Below are positions 41,914 through 51,362 of a stretch of 64,000 nucleotides of DNA, piece by piece (within the stretch, counting starts at the first letter, position 1; each line of letters begins with the position of its first letter). The translations under genes were made by a program, and so were the position numbers. This stretch comes from a virus: IMG/VR virus record IMGVR_UViG_3300009073_000018. One strand, written 5' to 3'. Below the pieces are notes generated by a model. It ran no database searches, was not told where the DNA came from, and saw only the letters and a list, made by a program, of their open reading frames with translations.

Positions 41914-42131
41914 TTTTTCTTACTCAGTATATTTAAAAATTTTTCAAAGTCTACAAAACTATCATCAGTTTTATAGATTTTTTCTCTCTTAGTAATAGTC
42001 TCTTCTTTATCATCTATATTTATAACAGCATATTTTAGATAAGGAATTTTAGTTGTCTGCACAGATGTAACTTGTCCTTTATTTACAACAATAATAAAAT
42101 CAGGTTTTTCTTTTACAATTTCATCCTCCAT
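41910..42131 (-). CDS. Hypothetical protein
   Basis: 73-aa ORF with coupled overlaps on both sides. Confidence 0.55.
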   Translation of the reverse strand: MEDEIVKEKPDFIIVVNKGQVTSVQTTKIPYLKYAVINIDDKEETITKREKIYKTDDSFVDFEKFLNILSKKK

Positions 42132-42483
42132 AGCAAATGTATAAACTAGTTATATAAGTAACAAAATGTAAAAACTGGTCTATAGCTACTACATTTATTC
42201 TGGGAGCTCCCATAGGAGCCATTTTATATGCTCTACTAGAAATATAGTCTATAATATAATGGATAATTCCATTATATATTACAAATATTAATATCTGTCT
42301 AACATCATTAAACAATAGAATACCTGCTATGAGGTTACCTAAACTTACTGTAAACACATGCATCATAAGACTCTTATGTGAAGAGTTTTTTTCATTAGCC
42401 CATGTTCTTTTCTGTAATATCCAATCAAATAAAAAATGAGTAGCGCTAATCAATAACGCTACTCCATATGGATTCTCTATCAT
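42121..42483 (-). CDS. DUF3307-like membrane protein
   Basis: HFLFDWILQ…H…H…D…DQFLH His pattern with hydrophobic segments. Confidence 0.75.
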   Translation of the reverse strand: MIENPYGVALLISATHFLFDWILQKRTWANEKNSSHKSLMMHVFTVSLGNLIAGILLFNDVRQILIFVIYNGIIHYIIDYISSRAYKMAPMGAPRINVVAIDQFLHFVTYITSLYICYGG

Positions 42484-42929
42484 TAACAGACTTCTTGACC
42501 TTTAGGTACAGCTACTCTTTTAGATACCTTTAAAGGTACAACAGATGCAGCAACATTACCTTTTGATCTTTCAGAGTAAGTTCTTCCTAAAGCTCTCCTA
42601 AAAAATCTGTTATTTAAATTTTTAGGTAAATTATTAAAAGCTAATTGAAGAGCTTTTCCTCTACCTGTTTCTTTACAAAACTGTCTACCTAAATCACAGT
42701 ATGTAATACCTGCTGAAATAACATTTTCACTTTTTGGTTTAGTAGTATCTATTATTATAGCTTTAGTAGATCCTATTACAAATCTTTCACTTCCATCATC
42801 ATAAGCTACGATTTTAGGTATTACCTCAAATGCTTTAACTCTTATTTTCTCTTCACTTTCTTCATTTTTTTTTACTCTTGTAAGCATTTTTCCAAATTTA
42901 TCATGCTTAAAAATTATCTTATAATCCAT
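42483..42929 (-). CDS. Hypothetical phage protein
   Basis: 148 aa; AGITYC…FCKETGRGKAL motif resembles a widespread phage family. Confidence 0.65.
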   Translation of the reverse strand: MDYKIIFKHDKFGKMLTRVKKNEESEEKIRVKAFEVIPKIVAYDDGSERFVIGSTKAIIIDTTKPKSENVISAGITYCDLGRQFCKETGRGKALQLAFNNLPKNLNNRFFRRALGRTYSERSKGNVAASVVPLKVSKRVAVPKGQEVC

Positions 42930-42938
42930 AATTTTAAA

Positions 42939-43688
42939 TTAATTTTTATAAATTTCGTTCATATTATCACTTTGCCAGAAATCAGTAGTATTTAAGTTTA
43001 TCATACTTATTCTACCTAAACCTCTAGCTCCTGTGTTTAAATTAAAAACATTAGCTGCTTTACAGGGTCTAAGTTTTTTATGATTATTTAATAAGTCTAC
43101 ATGACTAGTTATAATTCTATCATATAAAGACGTTAATCTAGGGAAAGGATCTTTATCCCCTTCTTTCTTATTTTTATTTATATTTGCCCAAGACACTCCC
43201 TTACTCCATAATGTTACATCATTATATAGTGTAGATTCTTTTATTTCATATCCAGGTCCTCTTGCATTTCTGTAACCTCCATGAATAAATAAATCATTAG
43301 TATCAGGTGGCATATAAAACGGTTTCAGTTTAGATAAAAAAGATCTAATTCTATCAAATCTATCTTCATCATTTTTCAACTTATCTATAGCTTTTTTTGT
43401 AACCGCTCCCCCACTGCCATACCAATGCATAGGCTCAATACCATCTACCATATAGCATTGTAAATCATCATCATGATCTCCTTTTAAAAATATATTTCTA
43501 CTATTTCTAATCATTAATGCATATAGTAATTCTAGAGTTTCTAATGGCTCAGAGTGATAATCTACATAATCTCCCATAAAGATTATTGTATCTTCATTCT
43601 CATTATACTCACTTCTATCTAATACTTGTTTTAAACCTGAATAAGAATTATTTATATTAGAGCACACTAAAGTTCTTCCTTTACTCAT
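42939..43688 (-). CDS. Calcineurin-like metallophosphoesterase (Ser/Thr phosphatase-like) with degenerate motifs
   Basis: GDYVD, GDHD and IHGG are present; motif I DxHG reads NINN, GHT reads SHV, and IDTG reads LNTG. Confidence 0.75.
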   Translation of the reverse strand: MSKGRTLVCSNINNSYSGLKQVLDRSEYNENEDTIIFMGDYVDYHSEPLETLELLYALMIRNSRNIFLKGDHDDDLQCYMVDGIEPMHWYGSGGAVTKKAIDKLKNDEDRFDRIRSFLSKLKPFYMPPDTNDLFIHGGYRNARGPGYEIKESTLYNDVTLWSKGVSWANINKNKKEGDKDPFPRLTSLYDRIITSHVDLLNNHKKLRPCKAANVFNLNTGARGLGRISMINLNTTDFWQSDNMNEIYKN

Positions 43689-44377
43689 AATTTTTTAAGT
43701 TCCTCTAGTTCTAAATTACTTTTTCCATTCTGATAAATAGAATCTATAGAAAAAGTTTCTTTTTCTTTTTTAAATTTAGGATAAAGTTCAATACTCTCTG
43801 TATCAAATTCAGTTAGTTTTAACTCATCTACTAATTCTTCTTTTAATTTTCCTGACTTTGTAACTATACAATAAGGTATATTATATTCACTTATTTTATA
43901 ACCTATCATATTACTTGTTACTGGAAATTTCTTTTGGACTATATCAATTTTTTCTTTATATTCTTTACTAACTTTTGAATATTCACTAGCATAAATAGCT
44001 TTAAAATCTCTATTTAAACTTTTAGGTAACTCTAATGAGTATACTATATAATTTTCATCCATAAATACTAACTCTTTAAACCTAATTGAAGAAAGTATAA
44101 ACTCATTCATACTTAACCAGGCTACAGAAGTAGTTTCCATTTTATCATATACTAAACCTCTATTAAAGAGTAAGTATATTTTATTAGGTTTGTCCCTAGC
44201 TTCTTTCTTATTATATAAATAAGTATTAACTAGTCCGTGCTCTATAAGAAGCTGTATAAATGGAAACTCTGTGTTTCTTTGGCCTCTTACTCTTACTTTT
44301 TTAAAGTATTGCTTAAATATTGGTAACATAAGTACGGTGGAGACATTAACAGACTCCCATACTTTTCTAATTTTCAT
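43685..44377 (-). CDS. Conserved crAss-like hypothetical protein
   Basis: 230 aa; GLVNTYL…IYLLF…YSLELP…SEYSKVS pattern recalled from crAss-like replication modules. Confidence 0.6.
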   Translation of the reverse strand: MKIRKVWESVNVSTVLMLPIFKQYFKKVRVRGQRNTEFPFIQLLIEHGLVNTYLYNKKEARDKPNKIYLLFNRGLVYDKMETTSVAWLSMNEFILSSIRFKELVFMDENYIVYSLELPKSLNRDFKAIYASEYSKVSKEYKEKIDIVQKKFPVTSNMIGYKISEYNIPYCIVTKSGKLKEELVDELKLTEFDTESIELYPKFKKEKETFSIDSIYQNGKSNLELEELKKL

Positions 44378-45447
44378 TAAAATAAATTTAATTCTTCTAA
44401 TCCCATATTATCATAGAATTCTTTTCTGAATTCCCACTTGTTTGTTTTTTTATGCCATTGATATCTCTCAATGAGCTGATGAAACCCTTCTATAACATAA
44501 GGTCTACTGTAATTTACTATTCCATCTTTTGGATCCCTTACTTCTTTGTTACTATATTTAGTGCATCCTGTGTGACCTGTAACTATGTCCATAGAGGACA
44601 TTTCATATAGTACAGGTTGTTTAGGTGTTTTAGCACGTCCTACAAGAAACAAAGGATTGCATAATGTATAACCATCTTTAATAAGATCTGTATATTCTGA
44701 CATTGCTGCCCAATAATAAAAAGCCCCTTGTATATCCCACCTAGCAGTCAGTGCTGCTTTTCTAGAATCATTTAAACTTGAGAATTTTATATCAACTATT
44801 TCTATAGTTTTATTTTCATGATTTATTTTAACTAAATCTAAAATAGCAATACAATTATCTCCTAAATACTCAAATGTTATTTTCTTTTGTGTTTCATATT
44901 GAACTTTTTTTTTATAAGGAGGTAGATAAGTTTTAAAAATCTCATGACTTATTATACCTGCAACTATCTCTTTTATATTATTAGAAGATTCTGTGTCTAA
45001 TACCATTTTACCACTTTTTCTAGCATCTCTATACTTTATATATTTATTCCAGTACGACCCAGCAACTTCTCTTATTTTAACTAATCTTTTTTCATCATCT
45101 GATGACTCATAATATTCAAACTTATCCATAAGCTTTAATAAATCATCTGAATAATCTTTCATATCTATAGATATAAGCTGTTCTCTTTCTAAGAAAAAAG
45201 TATTTATAATTTTATGAAATTTATTAGTATTTTCTACTTTAAAATCCATAATAACATACTTTTTAAAAACTTTTAATGGATCTAATAAAAGATCCTCAAA
45301 GTAATCTCCTTTAGTAAAAGCATATATCTCTTTCTTAGGCTTATCTGCATAAAAACTAGTAGGATTATTTCCTAATAGGTTTTTTAAGCGGCTCTGAGAT
45401 AACAGTATTCTGTTTCCCAGAATTTTCTGCATTACTTCTGTTGGCAT
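44377..45447 (-). CDS. PD-(D/E)XK exonuclease (RecE/ExoVIII-like)
   Basis: SQSRLK…GDYFE…ILDLVKI…IVDIKFS…IQGAFY motifs. Confidence 0.75.
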   Translation of the reverse strand: MPTEVMQKILGNRILLSQSRLKNLLGNNPTSFYADKPKKEIYAFTKGDYFEDLLLDPLKVFKKYVIMDFKVENTNKFHKIINTFFLEREQLISIDMKDYSDDLLKLMDKFEYYESSDDEKRLVKIREVAGSYWNKYIKYRDARKSGKMVLDTESSNNIKEIVAGIISHEIFKTYLPPYKKKVQYETQKKITFEYLGDNCIAILDLVKINHENKTIEIVDIKFSSLNDSRKAALTARWDIQGAFYYWAAMSEYTDLIKDGYTLCNPLFLVGRAKTPKQPVLYEMSSMDIVTGHTGCTKYSNKEVRDPKDGIVNYSRPYVIEGFHQLIERYQWHKKTNKWEFRKEFYDNMGLEELNLF

Positions 45448-45799
45448 CTTTTAATATTTTAATTAAATCATCCATTTTCATAATAGCATAGTTCCCTTTA
45501 GTCATAAATCTTTTTCCTTTTTTTTCTGTAAAATTATGCAAGATAATAGGAGGAAATACATTAGGCATTTCATTTAATATCTTATGATAATCTACTTTGT
45601 TTATGTTAGACTTACATTGTATTTCATAGGGAAATATACCATTTTTATATTCATTATTATTCATTAAATCTATCTTCATAGCATCTCTTGATCTAGATTC
45701 ACTTCTGGTAGTTACTAAATAGGGAGAAATAAATTTTAATGCATCTCTGCAAAATCTCTCCCATTTATGACCTGCGTTTCTATTTCTACTTCTGCTCAT
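45365..45799 (-). CDS. Holliday junction resolvase-like PD-(D/E)XK nuclease
   Basis: GHKWER…KIDL…IQCK motifs. Confidence 0.7.
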   Translation of the reverse strand: MSRSRNRNAGHKWERFCRDALKFISPYLVTTRSESRSRDAMKIDLMNNNEYKNGIFPYEIQCKSNINKVDYHKILNEMPNVFPPIILHNFTEKKGKRFMTKGNYAIMKMDDLIKILKDANRSNAENSGKQNTVISEPLKKPIRK

Positions 45800-47375
45800 A
45801 GAATGATAGTTCTTTCTTACTACCTAATATGTGACTTTTTAAATCAGGTATTGAATTAACATAAGCTTTATAAGACTTTTTATTTAAAGCTTGTCTTTGA
45901 CTATGAACTTCTATACATGAAGAATGGTATCTTCTCATATTATTTCTAATAGTTCTTAATCCATCTACATGTTTTTCATAATTTTTATCATCAAAGTTAT
46001 TAGATATACCATCTATAATATCTTTTATAGATATCTTATTTTTATTATTTAATATATACTTAGCATTACTTTTAGTATACTTAATTAAACTTACACATAA
46101 TATCAACCAAGGAATAACCATAAAATGTTTATTAGTAGCTTGGTGACATCTAAACTCTACTGTTCTATTATTTCCAGGATTAAATAAAACAGGCATCATG
46201 TTAACCCAAAAGTATCTCATAGGCTGGTTCCATTTCTGTGACCTTGCTAAAGGATGTTGAAATTTATTAAACCCATAATCTGGATGATCAGATGCATAAC
46301 CACTCGTTAAGAAAGCCCATATTCTATCTAAATACTTACTTAACTCAGTATTATTTACCTTACCATCATCTTTTATGATACTATTAGAATTTAAAGAAAA
46401 TGCATTTAGAAGTTGAGTATGATCTTTATCTTTTTTAGAAAGAAAAGCATAGTCTCTTTTAAAAGGAGCTATCATTTCATGTATTTCATTTTGTAATCTA
46501 ACACATAAATAATACAATGCTACTGTTTCTATTTTAGTTAACGTAAAACCACCCACATGTACATGTAAACTACAATTTTGATCTACAGTAGTATTCTTGT
46601 CTAATTCTTTACATATACCTATCAAATTAGCAACACCTACTCCCTTACTTAAAGGAGAAGTAACATACTCATGTCCTTTTATAGATCCATCTCTCAACGG
46701 AATCAATCCTGTGTTTATTAATGTACTAATAGGCATAGCACCTGAAGCTGTCTCAAACTCTAATCCAAAAGTAAATTTATTTAAAAAATAATTTAAAGTA
46801 TTTTGTTTACTACTTTTTAATTTTGCTTTTACTGATTTCTTAGAATGTCTAGATAATATAGACCGCTGGTAAGAAACGTTCTCTGGTGAAAAATTATATT
46901 GAAGAGGAAACTTATAAACAGGAACCCCTTTTCTATTTAAATGCAATAAAAAGTTATTATTAGTAAGACCTTCTGGTCTTTTATAATAAAAGAAATCAGA
47001 TTTACTAGATCTAAAACCTAGTTTATTAACTTCTTCTATAGTTTCTACAGATCCTATATGTACAGCATTACTAGGTACTCCTACATATAAATCAAATAAA
47101 AAATCAGGATCATTAACTCTTTTAATACCATATACATATTTATTATCCATTTCTTGAATAATAATTTTATGTTTTACGTTACTAAATAAACCACTAGAGC
47201 TTTTGATCCATGTATTAGTGTCCATATCATAAATAATCTTTCCATTATTTATTCTATGCCATTGTCCATCCACTTGAACTGTTTGGACGCCTTTTATATA
47301 GAATTTTCCATCTATTTTTCTAGTCTTGCTACGTTTTTCTATAGTTCCATCTATAGTTTTAACAAATTGTTTCAT
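45786..47375 (-). CDS. Putative amidoligase (Amidoligase_2 / GCS-like COOH-NH2 ligase)
   Basis: FGLEFET, DGSI…EYVT, CSLHVHVG, RYFWVN and TVEFR motifs. Confidence 0.85.
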   Translation of the reverse strand: MKQFVKTIDGTIEKRSKTRKIDGKFYIKGVQTVQVDGQWHRINNGKIIYDMDTNTWIKSSSGLFSNVKHKIIIQEMDNKYVYGIKRVNDPDFLFDLYVGVPSNAVHIGSVETIEEVNKLGFRSSKSDFFYYKRPEGLTNNNFLLHLNRKGVPVYKFPLQYNFSPENVSYQRSILSRHSKKSVKAKLKSSKQNTLNYFLNKFTFGLEFETASGAMPISTLINTGLIPLRDGSIKGHEYVTSPLSKGVGVANLIGICKELDKNTTVDQNCSLHVHVGGFTLTKIETVALYYLCVRLQNEIHEMIAPFKRDYAFLSKKDKDHTQLLNAFSLNSNSIIKDDGKVNNTELSKYLDRIWAFLTSGYASDHPDYGFNKFQHPLARSQKWNQPMRYFWVNMMPVLFNPGNNRTVEFRCHQATNKHFMVIPWLILCVSLIKYTKSNAKYILNNKNKISIKDIIDGISNNFDDKNYEKHVDGLRTIRNNMRRYHSSCIEVHSQRQALNKKSYKAYVNSIPDLKSHILGSKKELSFYEQK

Positions 47376-49342
47376 ATATTTAGTACCTTAACTATTTCTT
47401 CAAACTCAGGAGTTGTACATCCCCTAGTTAAAATTTTACTAACAACTACTAGGTCTCTTAAACCTTCTACGAAGAAAGGATCATCATCTAGATCATCTTC
47501 AAAGCCATTAAAATATGACAAAGCCTCTAATACATTAGATTTGAGAGATTCTAAAGATACACTTAACTCATTTAAAACTTTTTGATAGTCTTCTTTAGTA
47601 AGCTCTCCTAAAAAGTGATCAATACTTTCCTCTTTAGTTTTACCATACTTTCCAAATACTTCATCAACTTCTAATAAAGTTCCTTCTGCCTGAGAACGCA
47701 TGTTCCCAGAAGAGTTCCCTTTGCTTTCTGTTAAGTCTAATCTCTTTGTTGTATGACTTTGTCGTTTTGATTTTGAATCTCCCTCTTCTTTTTTTACTTC
47801 TTGATATTGATTATTAACAATAGATACTAATTTACCTCTATTATATATGTATTTCTTATTAGTAAATACAGGTGTAAAAGCTTCATCAAAGTTTGCTTTG
47901 TTATTATACAAAGCAACATGCATATCTAATAATCCATTAGTCCATACTCCATCTTCTTTTGGAAGATTTATAACTGGATACGGAGAAAATACTGATATTT
48001 CTCTTATAGAGATATTATTTTTCTCTTTAATACATTTTTCATAATTTTCTTTATCTGATATTAGTATACCTCTAAAGAAATAAATAGTACTTTTACTTTC
48101 TTTCTTTTTATTAACTATGAAACCATCTTCATTAATGAATTTTTTACCTTCAAGTAATTTTCCATTAGCCCAGTATCTATTATAAAAATAATTTACTCTA
48201 TCTTTTGGAGAGTTCATTACATAAGACTCACTCTCATATATTTCTGTAGCAGGTACAATCTCTTGTCCTTTATTACAAATTAATGAATTATTATATACAA
48301 AATCTGCTTTTACAGATAATTTACCTGAATTAATCATACTAGCAATAGATTCTCCACTACCTCTATGTGTTTTACTAAATAGTTTAGTTTGCGAAGGACC
48401 CATGCCTATATTAGTATTATTATACTTTGTATAGTCTAGCTCTCTTGAGTCTCTCCAATCTTCTGCTGATGATTTTGTGACTCTTTCTCTTACAATTACT
48501 AGTGGCTCTCTTTTAACAGTAGCAATTTCTTTAAGTCTTCCTTCAGTTATTCTATATACTTTATTCCCTTTAAAAGATTTAATTTTTGTCTTATTTGAAT
48601 CTTTAATAACATTCAATGCAAAGTCTTGAGAACTTATATAAATACCTGTAACTTTTCCTTTACTACGTGTTTGAAAATAATGTAATGGTCTTTCTTCTTT
48701 ATTATCCTTAGCTCCTTTATAAACATATATTTCATTAGGATCATCAGTAAAATACCAAATAAGAGCAGCATCACCACCATACTTAGATAAGATTTTATAA
48801 TTACCGTGTTGTAATATAGAACCCAGTAAAACCTTACTATCCATATCTAAGTTTTCATCTAATTTAAAATGATTCCTTAGTGAATATGTGTTATGTATAG
48901 ATCCATTATGCATCCCTACCATTCTTACTGTTTCTGGTTTAGTGGTAGTAACTGCTAATTTTTCACTAGTTATTCCTAATAAAAAAGGATGTGCATTAGC
49001 TTTAGTATGAGCAGATCCATGTGTACTTTTTCTAGTGTGAATTAAAGTATTAAAGTTATCTTTATATTTATAATCTACACTAGGTGCAAGATTTGTAAAA
49101 TCTGCATCAGTATTTATACCTTTAATTGCTTTATCCCCAATAGCTACACCGCATGAATCTCTACCACGACTAGTGTTTAATATACCTAATATATTTAACT
49201 TGTCATGATTGGGGGCAACACTGCCACAGTATGCAGCAAGTCCACACCCAAGTATATTAGACCCTCTCTTAAAGAGAAGGCCTAATATACCATGTAATAA
49301 TAAATAATATATTATACTTTTAACTAATATTAGCTCTGTCAT
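47372..49342 (-). CDS. Class II (Ntn) glutamine amidotransferase with N-terminal hydrophobic extension
   Basis: CGL at residues 33-35; RGRDSCG, HTRKST, NAHPF, HNGSI and DSK motifs. Confidence 0.85.
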   Translation of the reverse strand: MTELILVKSIIYYLLLHGILGLLFKRGSNILGCGLAAYCGSVAPNHDKLNILGILNTSRGRDSCGVAIGDKAIKGINTDADFTNLAPSVDYKYKDNFNTLIHTRKSTHGSAHTKANAHPFLLGITSEKLAVTTTKPETVRMVGMHNGSIHNTYSLRNHFKLDENLDMDSKVLLGSILQHGNYKILSKYGGDAALIWYFTDDPNEIYVYKGAKDNKEERPLHYFQTRSKGKVTGIYISSQDFALNVIKDSNKTKIKSFKGNKVYRITEGRLKEIATVKREPLVIVRERVTKSSAEDWRDSRELDYTKYNNTNIGMGPSQTKLFSKTHRGSGESIASMINSGKLSVKADFVYNNSLICNKGQEIVPATEIYESESYVMNSPKDRVNYFYNRYWANGKLLEGKKFINEDGFIVNKKKESKSTIYFFRGILISDKENYEKCIKEKNNISIREISVFSPYPVINLPKEDGVWTNGLLDMHVALYNNKANFDEAFTPVFTNKKYIYNRGKLVSIVNNQYQEVKKEEGDSKSKRQSHTTKRLDLTESKGNSSGNMRSQAEGTLLEVDEVFGKYGKTKEESIDHFLGELTKEDYQKVLNELSVSLESLKSNVLEALSYFNGFEDDLDDDPFFVEGLRDLVVVSKILTRGCTTPEFEEIVKVLNI

Positions 49343-50174
49343 AAATATCTTTTATCAATAATGGTAAATGTGTTTTATATTTTTTAATTCCTTCTGTTGC
49401 TAAAGATGGAGCAGAGTTAGTTTCAATGATTTTGAAAACACCTTTTTCACTTACTCTAACATCAATAGCTGCAAAATCTAATCCAACTGCATCTTTAGCT
49501 TTTATACATTCTTCTACAATTTTACCCCATGTTGAAGGTTTTTTGAATTCAGTAGTATTGGATTCTAAATACCATATACAATTACTATCATTTCTAAAAT
49601 ACCTTTTATCATCTGGTGTATCTTTTTTTAGTGCTTTTCTGCAAGCATAAAAACAACCTAAAGAAGAGACATGTAATCTATATTCATATTTACCAGAGAA
49701 ATACTCTTCAAAATAAATATCTTTTATGCTCTTTTTACCATTCTTTTTTTTATCTTCTTTAATTTTCTTTAAAGCTTTTTTAAGAGCTTTATTGTCCCCA
49801 AGATACTGCATACCTCTACCTCTGCTACCTACTACTCTTTTAAGTATAAGAGGGAACTTAATCTCTTCTTTATTGCTTTTTAGATATTTTATATCTTTAA
49901 GTGTAAAGTATTTAGGAGATAATATTCCAAAATCTTCAAAAGCTTCTTTCATCTTCATTTTATTAGAGCTGACAGAAATTGCTTCAGTACTATTAACTTC
50001 TACATTACCTCTTCTTACCTCTGTAGGAGAACCAAATCTAACTACTACAGAGGGTCTTCCTTTAGGATTTAATTTATTCTTAAAAGGTAAATCACATTGC
50101 TTAACTGTAATCTGACCTCTTAATGCATCATGACTTGGATGTCTTGATCTTATTTTTACTTTTTTAAGATTCAT
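49320..50174 (-). CDS. ATP-grasp peptide ligase (RimK-like)
   Basis: FPLILK…GSRGRGM, EYRLHV, GLDFAAIDV and ETNSAP motifs. Confidence 0.88.
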   Translation of the reverse strand: MNLKKVKIRSRHPSHDALRGQITVKQCDLPFKNKLNPKGRPSVVVRFGSPTEVRRGNVEVNSTEAISVSSNKMKMKEAFEDFGILSPKYFTLKDIKYLKSNKEEIKFPLILKRVVGSRGRGMQYLGDNKALKKALKKIKEDKKKNGKKSIKDIYFEEYFSGKYEYRLHVSSLGCFYACRKALKKDTPDDKRYFRNDSNCIWYLESNTTEFKKPSTWGKIVEECIKAKDAVGLDFAAIDVRVSEKGVFKIIETNSAPSLATEGIKKYKTHLPLLIKDIYDRANIS

Positions 50175-50560
50175 TTTTTATTAATTCTATGTGTTCTAAA
50201 ACTACCTGATTTAACAACCGGTTCTTTTGCCTGTCCAAGGTAAAAGTATGCCTCTGCATTTCTAATTTGACCATCTATTTCTATATCTAGTTCTTCTCTA
50301 CGGTACCAATTGGGATGGCCTTCTAATCTATCCATTCTAGCCAAGTCTTCTCCAGGCTTAACTTCATAAAGTTCTCCATGTACTCTTACAGCATCTTCTT
50401 TTTTTTCAAAATCATCAATTCTCCTCAAGAATGGAATTCCCCCAGCCCTTAAGACTAGTTTGTCTACTGTTAGTGCTTTTCCTACTAATTTTGAACTTTC
50501 CATCAAGTGATGATTTCCGTAACCCTTCATTAATGTTCCATAAACGAATATTAGTCTCAT
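50171..50560 (-). CDS. Gamma-glutamylcyclotransferase (GGCT/AIG2-like)
   Basis: IFVYGTLMKGYGNH, VHGELYEV and MDRLEG…Y.R motifs. Confidence 0.9.
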   Translation of the reverse strand: MRLIFVYGTLMKGYGNHHLMESSKLVGKALTVDKLVLRAGGIPFLRRIDDFEKKEDAVRVHGELYEVKPGEDLARMDRLEGHPNWYRREELDIEIDGQIRNAEAYFYLGQAKEPVVKSGSFRTHRINKK

Positions 50561-51362
50561 TTTTTAATATTTTAATGTTATTATTATTACAAATGTGTAA
50601 AGCTAACTCAGTATTACCTGTATTAATAGCATAGCTAACTTTTTTAGTTAATGATTCCTCTATAGGTTCCATCTTAAAGTTTAATGTGTCTAATACTACT
50701 TTTAAAATAGTATTGTACACCCATGTTAAATAATTATCATGATATAACCAGAAATTAGATAAAGTTCTATATTCAAACCTAGAACCAGGTACTCTTCTAA
50801 AAGCCCCTGCTTTTCCATAATAGCCTCTTCTTGTATTAAAAGGCTCAATTAATAATGAAGGTAGACCTAAATGTAAATCTAACTTTTTAATAATATCTCT
50901 AGTAGTTTCTATATTTTCTCTTGGGTAAGAAATATGAACATGTCCTCCTGCAAATCTAAGTTTAAATGGATTTGAAACTGCTTTTAAAGCGTTTTCTTCA
51001 TCATAAACATTAAGTACTGGATTACATCCAAACTCATGTACTCTATCATCTTCCATTGCATCGTTAGGTACTTCAGCACTCACACTATAAACTAATTTAG
51101 CTCCTGCTAATTTAATTACTTTATTCTGTACCTCTTTTAATACAGATTTTTGATTATGCATCCATGATTTCAAGCTATTAGATGGAGTAGTTGTATACTC
51201 TATCAATATATTATCATAGTACATACTATTTTGCCCATCCTTTGTAAAAGTAGGGTTTTCATTACTTCCAAGCAAATTAAATGCTGGATAAATTTCTCCT
51301 TGTTTAGTTAAGAAAAATTCTGGATCAGAGCCTAGAAAAATATCTTTCTGAGAAACTTTCAT
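50415..51362 (-). CDS. phiEco32-like COOH-NH2 ligase type 2
   Basis: LGSDPEFFL, DNILIEY, FGCNP, RFAGGHVHI, YYGKAGAFR and EYRTLSNFW motifs. Confidence 0.88.
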   Translation of the reverse strand: MKVSQKDIFLGSDPEFFLTKQGEIYPAFNLLGSNENPTFTKDGQNSMYYDNILIEYTTTPSNSLKSWMHNQKSVLKEVQNKVIKLAGAKLVYSVSAEVPNDAMEDDRVHEFGCNPVLNVYDEENALKAVSNPFKLRFAGGHVHISYPRENIETTRDIIKKLDLHLGLPSLLIEPFNTRRGYYGKAGAFRRVPGSRFEYRTLSNFWLYHDNYLTWVYNTILKVVLDTLNFKMEPIEESLTKKVSYAINTGNTELALHICNNNNIKILKNETNIRLWNINEGLRKSSLDGKFKISRKSTNSRQTSLKGWGNSILEEN

